From NCBI GenBank assembly GCA_045601765.1, contig JAZSAG010000016.1, positions 1 through 50,495 of the forward strand: a stretch of DNA of 50,495 nucleotides. The letters are read 5' to 3'. The stretch comes from Candidatus Enterousia sp. Lineage in GTDB: Bacteria > Pseudomonadota > Alphaproteobacteria > Rs-D84. Positions 37,232 to 44,944 of the stretch are shown piece after piece. Every line of letters begins with the position of its first letter. Positions within the stretch are counted from its first letter, which is position 1. Under the pieces are notes generated by a model, which made no database searches, had not been told where the DNA came from, and worked only from the letters and a program-made list of their open reading frames with translations. The translations under genes and the position numbers were made by a program.

Positions 37232-37275
37232 AACTGGATTGCCACGGGGGTTGCGCCCCCTTGCAATGCCAAAGG
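37232..37275 (-). repeat. Degenerate inverted unit A copy
   Basis: aactggattgccacgggggttgcgcccccttgcaatgccaaagg; forms an inverted pair with copy 4 across a cattattataa-containing spacer. Confidence 0.6.
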
Positions 37276-37292
37276 AAAATCTATCCTTCCTT

Positions 37293-37339
37293 CACTAACC
37301 ACTTCCCACTTCCCACTAACCACTAATCACTAACCACTT
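37293..37339 (-). repeat. Degenerate short tandem repeats (reverse complement of the 3379-3434 family)
   Basis: cactaaccacttcccacttcccactaaccactaatcactaaccactt. Confidence 0.7.
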
Positions 37340-37661
37340 TATACAATTCATTTGGGGTTTGGATAAATATGTTACGCATTCCAATCGCATATTTGCAAAA
37401 TTGTACACACGTCCACGCGTGGCACGTATCTAAATCGCGGGGCAGGTCGCATGGCAAATACACAAATCGCCAACCGTGTGCCGTCAGTATTTTTATATCG
37501 CGCATATTTAATTTTATCTGTGCAATATTTCCGCGTGATATAAATTGGTGCATAATCAGGTTATCTGACGTCATTTCAATTGGCGCACAGTGTTTTATTT
37601 TACCACATAAAATGCGTGGCAATATTTTGGAAGTTTTTTCGGCAAATGCAATAATAATCAT
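37323..37661 (-). CDS. Hypothetical protein
   Basis: ORF shortened to ATG 37661 (AAGGA RBS 8 nt upstream). 112 aa, no family recognised. Its last codons and stop are supplied by the tandem repeats. Confidence 0.4.
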   Translation of the reverse strand: MIIIAFAEKTSKILPRILCGKIKHCAPIEMTSDNLIMHQFISRGNIAQIKLNMRDIKILTAHGWRFVYLPCDLPRDLDTCHAWTCVQFCKYAIGMRNIFIQTPNELYKVVSD

Positions 37662-37719
37662 TTTTTTATTCCTTGGTATATTTTGTATGCCACCGGCATA
37701 ACCGGTGGCACATGTTTCT

Positions 37720-38061
37720 TTAATCAATCCAGCCTCGTTTTTGTGCCGCATCATGCAGAATATTCATTGCGCGTCTCCATTGGTCGGCGGCGCGATTTTC
37801 GGCCCAAATATGTTGATGTGGTGCGCGTCTTTTGTCACCAAATTGTTTCATTATCATTAACTGTTCATCGCTAAGTTGCCCCGATAAGTATAATTTTGTA
37901 ATCATTGTTTCCACGTCCAGTATTTCACATGGTCGCCGTGTTTGAACTGTGCGCATACGTGCAAAATCATTTCGTACGGCCTTGGAATATAAAAACCAAA
38001 ACCACATTTGTTCGGCTGATTGAAATTTTTCGACAGATACCATTGTCATAACAGAGTTCAT
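37720..38061 (-). CDS. Hypothetical protein (possible small regulator)
   Basis: 113-aa ORF. WFWFLYSKAV... and LYLSGQLSDEQLMIMKQFG are reminiscent of a sigma-r4/LuxR-type helix pair, but I cannot assign a family. Confidence 0.45.
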   Translation of the reverse strand: MNSVMTMVSVEKFQSAEQMWFWFLYSKAVRNDFARMRTVQTRRPCEILDVETMITKLYLSGQLSDEQLMIMKQFGDKRRAPHQHIWAENRAADQWRRAMNILHDAAQKRGWID

Positions 38062-38320
38062 TTTTCTTTCTCCTTTGGTTGTTTTGTTATTGTTTACATA
38101 TATAATCTAAGAAAAGATTCCTGTGAAACACTACAACCAATGGTTGAAGTGTGAATCGGAAAACAGATTCGGAATTGCAATTTATGCTTTATGCGGCGAA
38201 TCGTTTTTCTTTACCTGATATATACATGTCTTAGATAAAAAAAAGTGCGCAACATTGCGCACGAAAAAGTATTGTTTTTTGTATGTTTTTGTCTTGTTTT
38301 TTATCCTTTTGGTTATTATA

Positions 38321-38347
38321 TTTAAAAACCGCCGTTACGGCGGTTTG
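38321..38347 (-). terminator. Rho-independent terminator of the virB8-10 operon
   Basis: On the minus strand caaaccgcc-gtaac-ggcggttttt, 3 nt after the virB10 stop. Confidence 0.75.
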
Positions 38348-38349
38348 AA

Positions 38350-40740
38350 TTACAGTATTGGCGGGAAACAATCTCCCCCAGATTCTGGACAACAGTTGAA
38401 TCCCATTTCGCCCATATCAGTATATATTTCACCCGCACAGCAACCATTTGCATCTGGCAGACTGCCATCTTCACAGGTTAAAACTGCGGCGGCTGGTTCT
38501 TGCGATGTTGATTCAGGTGCATCAAATGGATTTTGAATACTGCCATCATCATTATATGTCAGACCCAAAACCTGTTCATTATACGCCTGGTCACCCAGGA
38601 TTCCGAACGAACCACTGACGCTGTTATCGAACGATTGCGTTTGGTATTGGTTTTGGAATTGTTCTTGTTGGCTTTGGAACAAGGCATCTTGTTTTGCATT
38701 ATTCTTGGCCTGATAATTCAATGATTCGCAATAGAACAAAATGGTCCTGTAATCATATCCCTCGGTGGTGCCATCTACGGCAATGTTACTATTTGCTGTC
38801 CACAAACCTTTTGAATCCTTGGTACAATATTTTTGCATATCAAATGATCTGACCTGGCCGACCCATGAACCGTCATCTTTGCGTGTCACGCGTTCTTGTT
38901 CTGATTTCCATCCATCATAACGCGGCGCATTGCCATATCCCAACGCGCATTTTTTGCCATTACCATCACCGCATGACGCGATTAAATCAACAGGTGAATA
39001 TACCGTGATACGTGTGCCGGCGGCAATTGTAAACGGTGGAACGGTATTATCCATCATATCGACCAATAATTTCTGGGCAACCTGATTCCATGCAGTTATA
39101 ATTTCATTCTTTGCCAGTTCAGACGAACGTACTGTTCCACTTTGTACGACGGTATTATTATCCAAATCAATCTGATTGACGAACGCATCAGATACAGGCG
39201 CAATTAAATTTACCGCCGCAGGCACAATCGCAGTTAACATTGGCATAAAGAATTGTTCCAGATAATCTGAACTGCCATAACCGGGTATCCCAGAACGTCC
39301 CTGGGCGTCGCCTGAAAATGGTGCATTACCGCCATTAAAATTAAACTCTATACCATTTGGCAATATAAATTGATACCATCTTATATTCATGCGTCCGACC
39401 GTTGTATATGGCCCCGGCAATTCACCGGTGACATATCCCATCAACAATGTTCCGGTCGGTATTATAACATTACGGCCATTATCAGAATAAACATTTCTGT
39501 CCACTGTCGCACGCACAGGCAGAAAGCTGTTGGCTAATGCCTCGGGGTCTGCGCGAACATCAGACACAATTGTCGCAGGAATTGGTTTATATTGGCGCAA
39601 AACAAATTGTCTGTCATATTGCACAGATGATATCACAGAATCACCCGAAGATGTGTAATCGATATCCTCTTGTGGTTTTTGACGCAATACCAGTCGTTCT
39701 ACACCACCACTATCTTCTGGTATATCAGATTGTGTTGCGCGGTTTACTGTTTTTATCGCCGGTGTATTTGACAATTCTGGCATAATCCCAGACAGCACCG
39801 CACTGAACCCAATATGTTCTGCATCTGTACCGATTTTTTTGCCTGGATTGTCTATATCAGTAATAATGCCGTTATCTGGGTTATATATACCGGTTGGGTT
39901 ATCGCATTGTGTATCAGAAAAAGGATGAAACTTATATGTTCCTGCCTGGGGCTTGATCCAGCCAATTTGACGACCATAATTATCATATCCCGCAAATGCA
40001 TAATCTGAACATGCCTCGGGCGGGCGGGTGTACACAGGTTCCACCGGCTGTGAAAAAGACGCGATTGGTGGCGCAATTGATTCAATTTCTGATATAAATT
40101 CGTCTTCATAATAATCTGGTTCTGGTTCATATTCAGAACTGTAATCTGTTTCGTAAACTGCGGACGTATCGTATTCTTCATATGAATCTGGTTTTGCAAC
40201 AGGCGTTGAAACAGGCGTTGGTTCCACAACCACCGGGGATGTCGCGCCCAATGTCACAACAATCTTGGATGTTTTTTGCATTGCGTCATCCGCATCTGCA
40301 TCGTGCCATACAACAGATACAATATTTTGTTCAACCTTGCCTGCGACCGTCGGTTCATATTTCATATTTATCGAACATGTTATTGTATTGTCAATCATAC
40401 CCATTTGGCTGCACGCACTGGCAACAGAAAAACCATTTCTTTCGTTGTCTGGGGTCACAGACAGTATTTTGACAGGCGCCGTTGCAGATAATTCAACCTT
40501 TTGTTGTTTTTTATCGCCAACCAATACATCTGCCCAATTTATAACATCTGGTGAAATATTTAGTTCTGCGGACACACCATGATGTTGCCCCAGCCCCGCC
40601 TGACCAGCATTTTTTTTACCAGAAATCAGCAACGTTAACAAGATTAATACAATAATAAACGCAGCCCCCAGCAGTAACCACTGAACATTTTTTGGTATAT
40701 TCTGACGAATTTCTGATAAACTTATTTTTAGTTTTCCCAT
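38350..40740 (-). CDS. virB10: VirB10/TrbI-family type IV secretion protein with extra N- and C-terminal modules
   Basis: 796 aa. TM anchor (WLLLGAAFIIVLILLTLLISG). TrbI core (IIPTGTLLMGYVTGELPGP...IRWYQFILPNGIEFNF...DAQGRSGIPGYGSSDYLEQFFMPML...AAGTRITVYSPVDL) plus additional domains (see findings). Confidence 0.85.
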   Translation of the reverse strand: MGKLKISLSEIRQNIPKNVQWLLLGAAFIIVLILLTLLISGKKNAGQAGLGQHHGVSAELNISPDVINWADVLVGDKKQQKVELSATAPVKILSVTPDNERNGFSVASACSQMGMIDNTITCSINMKYEPTVAGKVEQNIVSVVWHDADADDAMQKTSKIVVTLGATSPVVVEPTPVSTPVAKPDSYEEYDTSAVYETDYSSEYEPEPDYYEDEFISEIESIAPPIASFSQPVEPVYTRPPEACSDYAFAGYDNYGRQIGWIKPQAGTYKFHPFSDTQCDNPTGIYNPDNGIITDIDNPGKKIGTDAEHIGFSAVLSGIMPELSNTPAIKTVNRATQSDIPEDSGGVERLVLRQKPQEDIDYTSSGDSVISSVQYDRQFVLRQYKPIPATIVSDVRADPEALANSFLPVRATVDRNVYSDNGRNVIIPTGTLLMGYVTGELPGPYTTVGRMNIRWYQFILPNGIEFNFNGGNAPFSGDAQGRSGIPGYGSSDYLEQFFMPMLTAIVPAAVNLIAPVSDAFVNQIDLDNNTVVQSGTVRSSELAKNEIITAWNQVAQKLLVDMMDNTVPPFTIAAGTRITVYSPVDLIASCGDGNGKKCALGYGNAPRYDGWKSEQERVTRKDDGSWVGQVRSFDMQKYCTKDSKGLWTANSNIAVDGTTEGYDYRTILFYCESLNYQAKNNAKQDALFQSQQEQFQNQYQTQSFDNSVSGSFGILGDQAYNEQVLGLTYNDDGSIQNPFDAPESTSQEPAAAVLTCEDGSLPDANGCCAGEIYTDMGEMGFNCCPESGGDCFPPIL

Positions 40741-40768
40741 TTAATAAACCCACTGCGTATATTTTTTA

Positions 40769-42298
40769 CTATTGCATTCTGACAACACTGCATGATTCTT
40801 GGCCACCGGTGTATTTAATCAGTTTATCACACAGTGTTTGCGCGGTGCTGATATCTGAAATTGGCCCGATACGCAGACGATATACCTTGGCCGCAGAAGA
40901 ACCCGCACCCAAATCGCCAACACCTTCGGCGTCTACTGCAAAGAATGCCATTTCTTCGTATGGTTTTAATATACCATTACCTTCGCCACCGCTGAATTTA
41001 GCCAACAATGCGGTCCAATGATCTTCCAGTGCCTTTACAGATGTATCTGATTTTAATTCAACCGCGACACCATTTTGATTGCTGGTAATCAGTGGAATAT
41101 TATTCTGTGGCAAATATGCACCTGCGGTATTACGCACAGTTGGTAACATGTTGACCACACTGCCTGATGATAACGCCGGTTGTGGTGCGTTATATGTGCC
41201 ATACCCCGCAGGCATATAATAACCTGCACCTGTTACCGGGTTAACTGTTGCAGTGTCTCCCATATACATTGGTGTTCCGGTATAATTCATGCCCATGCTC
41301 ATTGCGGCCATATCCTGGGTATATGCGATATTGTTCAAAGATTGCCCAGACAACATGCTTTGCGCAACATTGGCCTCGGCCAATGCCATAACAGATGCGG
41401 TATCTGCAATCAAGAACGGCTTTTCACGTCTTTTAATACAAACAATTCTTTGTCCACTGCGCAAAACCATATCACCCACAGCCTCGACAATCAATAAACG
41501 ACCATCTTCGCCATCTGTGCGGAACCCAACAGGGGATTCGCCACCTTCGACCAATAATGATACAACCGGTCTTTGGGTCATTGATATAACCTTGTCGCCA
41601 AAGTCGATATATGTAAAGATTCTGTCGCGCCATACACGTTCAGGGGCGATAACATAGTCATCTGGATTTGGTACAAATATATCTAAATCAAAACGAAATT
41701 CAGATGGATCAATTTTCATTGATTTTATCCAACCATAATCTTCGCCATCAACGCCCACGGTATTTGTTGATTTGGCTTGTTTGTTGAATATAGATTTTGC
41801 GCCACTGGATGTTGTTTTTGCACCGGCCATTGGCAATGCGCTATTGCCATCTAATAATACATCAACATGTGAATATGTAACCTCGCTGGCGTTTGATGGT
41901 TCGCTGCGCAGATAGAAAACGTATTTATTCCCAGATTGCCCCGTTACAATTAGATTTGTATCAGACCCCTGATTGCCGGACGCCGGTGATATAAACATAG
42001 TTCTGTCACCCTGGGTTGCGTCTATTTGAAATGCGCCGCTGTCACCAACAATTGCGTCTGCAATTTGTTCCCCGTTGGGCAGGTTAATCATTGTTACCAT
42101 ACCATTGCGTAATTTGACGGGCAGAACCGAACCTTCGGACCAAGACAGTTGTGCGTATCCTGGTTTAACACTGCCTGCGGCCATATTGGCACTTGGGTTA
42201 TCCCACGCCGCCTGTATTCCGGCGTACCCCGGTAACATAAACAACCCCGTCATGCAAATAACAGAAATATTCCATTTTAATATTTTTACAAGTGTCAT
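40769..42298 (-). CDS. virB9: VirB9/TrbG/CagX-family type IV secretion protein with C-terminal SPOR-like domain
   Basis: Start moved to ATG 42298 (signal peptide MTLVKILKWNISVICMTGLFMLPGYAG, AAGGA RBS). VirB9 N-domain (TNLIVTGQSGNKYVFYL) and C-domain (RIFTYIDFGDK...LRSGQRIVCIKR). About 200 aa extension ends in a SPOR-like fold. Confidence 0.85.
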   Translation of the reverse strand: MTLVKILKWNISVICMTGLFMLPGYAGIQAAWDNPSANMAAGSVKPGYAQLSWSEGSVLPVKLRNGMVTMINLPNGEQIADAIVGDSGAFQIDATQGDRTMFISPASGNQGSDTNLIVTGQSGNKYVFYLRSEPSNASEVTYSHVDVLLDGNSALPMAGAKTTSSGAKSIFNKQAKSTNTVGVDGEDYGWIKSMKIDPSEFRFDLDIFVPNPDDYVIAPERVWRDRIFTYIDFGDKVISMTQRPVVSLLVEGGESPVGFRTDGEDGRLLIVEAVGDMVLRSGQRIVCIKRREKPFLIADTASVMALAEANVAQSMLSGQSLNNIAYTQDMAAMSMGMNYTGTPMYMGDTATVNPVTGAGYYMPAGYGTYNAPQPALSSGSVVNMLPTVRNTAGAYLPQNNIPLITSNQNGVAVELKSDTSVKALEDHWTALLAKFSGGEGNGILKPYEEMAFFAVDAEGVGDLGAGSSAAKVYRLRIGPISDISTAQTLCDKLIKYTGGQESCSVVRMQ

Positions 42299-42323
42299 AC
42301 CAATCCTTCCCTTGTTTTTGTTT

Positions 42324-43001
42324 TTATTCCGCCAGCAATCCTGTATCCAGCGGATCACCATTGCCAGATGTTATTTCATATTCAGAAACACGTATCCCCA
42401 GTGGGTTGTCAATTTTACTTGCCCACTTAATGATATTCTCCTTTTGTGTTTCAATCTTTATCCGTATTGTATAATCTTTTTGTGCCACAGGTCCAGCAGA
42501 ATCTTCACAAAAATACCTAAATTTTACCTGATAAGTATCTTGGCCATATGCACTGGACAATAATAACGGTTCTGTATCAAAGTATACATCGCACTTTACA
42601 TCATAATTCGGTGCCCCGGTCATTATTTCATTAAACGCAAATGTGTTCGCGAATTTAGAATAAACGTTGTCCGTGGAAATAGTTCTGACAAACCCGTCAA
42701 GACTGTTCCATTTTTTATTCATCACCTTGGCATTATTAATAATTTCGTTGCGGTGTCTGACATATTCGCGTACCAAAGACTTTTTGTATATGTCCAAATT
42801 TTCACTTTCTGGCGGCATTTGTTCCAGTTTTACACTTTGGTCTGCGCGCATAGTTGTTGTCAAAAAGAATATTTGCGGTCTGTTCAGTGGGAACATTTTG
42901 TACAACGTAAACGCCAATACCCCCAGTACAACCAATGCGGTTGCCAACACAAATGTCATCAATCTTGACAGCAAAACAGGCGGTTTTAAAGGCTGTTGCA
43001 C
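42324..43001 (-). CDS. virB8: VirB8-family type IV secretion protein
   Basis: 225 aa, GTG start with GGGGAG RBS 6 nt upstream. N-terminal TM, then NTF2-like periplasmic domain (SLVREYVRHRNEI...YQVKFRYF...YTIRIKIE). Position directly upstream of virB9/virB10. Confidence 0.75.
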   Translation of the reverse strand: MQQPLKPPVLLSRLMTFVLATALVVLGVLAFTLYKMFPLNRPQIFFLTTTMRADQSVKLEQMPPESENLDIYKKSLVREYVRHRNEIINNAKVMNKKWNSLDGFVRTISTDNVYSKFANTFAFNEIMTGAPNYDVKCDVYFDTEPLLLSSAYGQDTYQVKFRYFCEDSAGPVAQKDYTIRIKIETQKENIIKWASKIDNPLGIRVSEYEITSGNGDPLDTGLLAE

Positions 43002-43110
43002 GAATTTCTCCCCTTTTAATAAAATGATTGTAGAAAAAAACAGATAACTTATGCAAGGAAAATTTTTGCATAATCAAATAAATAAAATAAAAGAATATGA
43101 AAAAATGTTC

Positions 43111-43139
43111 TTGCCTGGGGCGACGAAAAATATTATAAT
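43111..43139 (+). promoter_or_regulatory. Candidate sigma70 promoter for tRNA-Trp/secE-nusG
   Basis: TTGCCT (43111-16), 17-nt spacer, TATAAT (43134-39), about 90 nt upstream of tRNA-Trp. Confidence 0.4.
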
Positions 43140-43231
43140 ATTTCCGCTTGATTTTTTGTATTGGTGTGCTATTCTGTCGCAGACTATTGTATGGCATGCG
43201 GTACATCAGACGGGTGTTGTATTTGGTTTAC

Positions 43232-43305
43232 AGGGGCATAGTTCAACGGTAGAATATCGGTCTCCAAAACCGCGGATGAGGGTTCGATTCCTTCTGCCCC
43301 TGCCA
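43232..43305 (+). tRNA. tRNA-Trp (anticodon CCA)
   Basis: 74-nt cloverleaf: AGGGGCA acceptor, anticodon loop CTCCAAA, GAGGG-TTCGATT-CCTTC T-arm, encoded CCA. Canonical position upstream of secE. Confidence 0.9.
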
Positions 43306-43348
43306 GAAAATAGTTAGTAAAAACAATATAATAACTAGGCAGATTTTT

Positions 43349-43528
43349 ATGAAGAAAATACTAGAATTTTTTAAGTCCGTGCGCCGTGAATGGTTCAAGA
43401 TTGTATGGCCGTCACGTGACAGTGTTATTCATGCAACTATTATGATTTTGGTGTTTTCTGGTTTGGCGACATTGTTCTTTTTTGTTGTGGACAGTTTGCT
43501 GAACGCACTTGTTGGGTGGATTTTTTAA
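43349..43528 (+). CDS. secE: Preprotein translocase subunit SecE
   Basis: Absent from the ORF track. My translation: MKKILEFFKSVRREWFKIVWPSRDSVIHATIMILVFSGLATLFFFVVDSLLNALVGWIF. KxVxWP motif plus a single TM. Lies between tRNA-Trp and nusG. Confidence 0.85.
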   Translation: MKKILEFFKSVRREWFKIVWPSRDSVIHATIMILVFSGLATLFFFVVDSLLNALVGWIF

Positions 43529-43549
43529 AACTGGCAAAGGATGTCTATT

Positions 43550-44083
43550 ATGGAAGAAAAAATGCAATGGTTTGTTGTTAACGTTCATACTGGCTGCGAA
43601 GACAAGGTTGCGCGCGGTCTGCGTGAACAGATTGATAATCGTCGCTTGAATGCGTTGTTTGGCGAAATATTGGTCCCAACGCGTGAGGTTACAGAAATCA
43701 AGGGCGGAAAACGTGTTAAGTCAGAAAAAAAGTTTTTCCCAGGTTATATTGTTGTTCAAATGGTTATGAATAATGAAACATTTACATTGGTAAAACAAAA
43801 TCCCCAGGTTGTTATGTTCTTGGGTGCGCGCAGCAAACCAATCGCGGTCAGCGAAGAAGAGGCGCGCCGCCTGTTAAAGCAGGTCGAAGAGGGTTCTGTG
43901 GTCGCTGATGATGTTGTATACGAAGTTGGCCAAGAGGTTCATGTTATTGATGGGCCATTTACTGGCTTTAACGGCGTAACGTCCGAGGTTGACAATGTAA
44001 AACAAAAGATGACTGTTAAAATCTTGGTATTTGGTCGTGAAACATCGATCGATTTAGATTTTGAACAGGTTGAACGGGTGTAA
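43550..44083 (+). CDS. nusG: Transcription termination/antitermination factor NusG
   Basis: MEEKMQWFVVNVHTGCEDKV NGN domain, FPGYIVVQM, and C-terminal KOW (VGQEVHVIDGPFTGFNG). ATG 43550 has better RBS spacing than 43541. Confidence 0.9.
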   Translation: MEEKMQWFVVNVHTGCEDKVARGLREQIDNRRLNALFGEILVPTREVTEIKGGKRVKSEKKFFPGYIVVQMVMNNETFTLVKQNPQVVMFLGARSKPIAVSEEEARRLLKQVEEGSVVADDVVYEVGQEVHVIDGPFTGFNGVTSEVDNVKQKMTVKILVFGRETSIDLDFEQVERV

Positions 44084-44084
44084 T

Positions 44085-44249
44085 ATGGAAAAATTTTTGT
44101 CGTTTTCTGATAGTCCTGTAAAAGAAAAAGTGGAAATACCGCCAGAATATAGTGCGTATTTGGAAAAGTGCTGGGATGAGGCAAGAGAACGACAAATGCG
44201 TGCATGGCAAGAATTAGGAAATAAATTAATTGTGTTTTATACGAGGTAA
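44085..44249 (+). CDS. Small acidic hypothetical ORF in the nusG-rplK spacer
   Basis: 54 codons from ATG 44085, 1 nt after the nusG stop: MEKFLSFSDSPVKEKVEIPPEYSAYLEKCWDEARERQMRAWQELGNKLIVFYTR. No family recognised. Confidence 0.3.
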   Translation: MEKFLSFSDSPVKEKVEIPPEYSAYLEKCWDEARERQMRAWQELGNKLIVFYTR

Positions 44250-44258
44250 AAAAATAAA

Positions 44259-44399
44259 ATGCAATTAACAAGAACAGAAGATGGTAGATTAAAGGTTGTG
44301 TGTTCTGAAGTATTTGTGTCCAAATTGGTTAGACAATATAGAATTGTTCAAAGATATAAACCGATTGTGCACAAGGCTTTGTTGCAACAGGTAAGATAA
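44259..44399 (+). CDS. Small basic hypothetical ORF in the nusG-rplK spacer
   Basis: 46 codons, absent from the ORF track: MQLTRTEDGRLKVVCSEVFVSKLVRQYRIVQRYKPIVHKALLQQVR. GAGGT is 11 nt upstream. Confidence 0.25.
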   Translation: MQLTRTEDGRLKVVCSEVFVSKLVRQYRIVQRYKPIVHKALLQQVR

Positions 44400-44508
44400 A
44401 GATAAAGTTTTTTGTGGTTTTCTGAAAAATATGCAGTAAAATCACAGCAAATCGTGGTAGATACGCCATATCGTACCACGGACACTAACAAAAAAATGGA
44501 GTGAAAAA

Positions 44509-44940
44509 ATGGCAAAAAAAGAAGTTAAGGGATTGGTTAAATTAGTCGTCCCTGCAAAACAGGCAAATCCTGCGCCACCAATTGGTCCTGCGCTGGGTGC
44601 TGCTGGTGTAAATATCGCAGAATTCTGCAAACAGTTTAATGACAAAACGGCTGATAAAGAACCTGGGATGCCAATTCCATGTATTATCACTGTTTATACA
44701 GACCGCAGTTTTGAATTTATAATGAAACTGCCACCTGTGTCATATTATATTAAAAAAGCATTAAAGGCAAAAATTGGTTCTCATAAACCAGGTCGTGATT
44801 TCATTGGTACATTGTCCAAGGCACAAATCAAAGAAATCGCAGAAGCAAAAATGCCAGACTTGAATTGTTCCGCTGTTGAATCTGCAATGAACATTGTTGC
44901 GGGTCAGTGCCGTTCAATGGGCGTAAAGGTGGAGGAATAA
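44509..44940 (+). CDS. rplK: 50S ribosomal protein L11
   Basis: [36 protein letters not shown]... canonical L11. Confidence 0.95.
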   Translation: MAKKEVKGLVKLVVPAKQANPAPPIGPALGAAGVNIAEFCKQFNDKTADKEPGMPIPCIITVYTDRSFEFIMKLPPVSYYIKKALKAKIGSHKPGRDFIGTLSKAQIKEIAEAKMPDLNCSAVESAMNIVAGQCRSMGVKVEE

Positions 44941-44944
44941 TATC

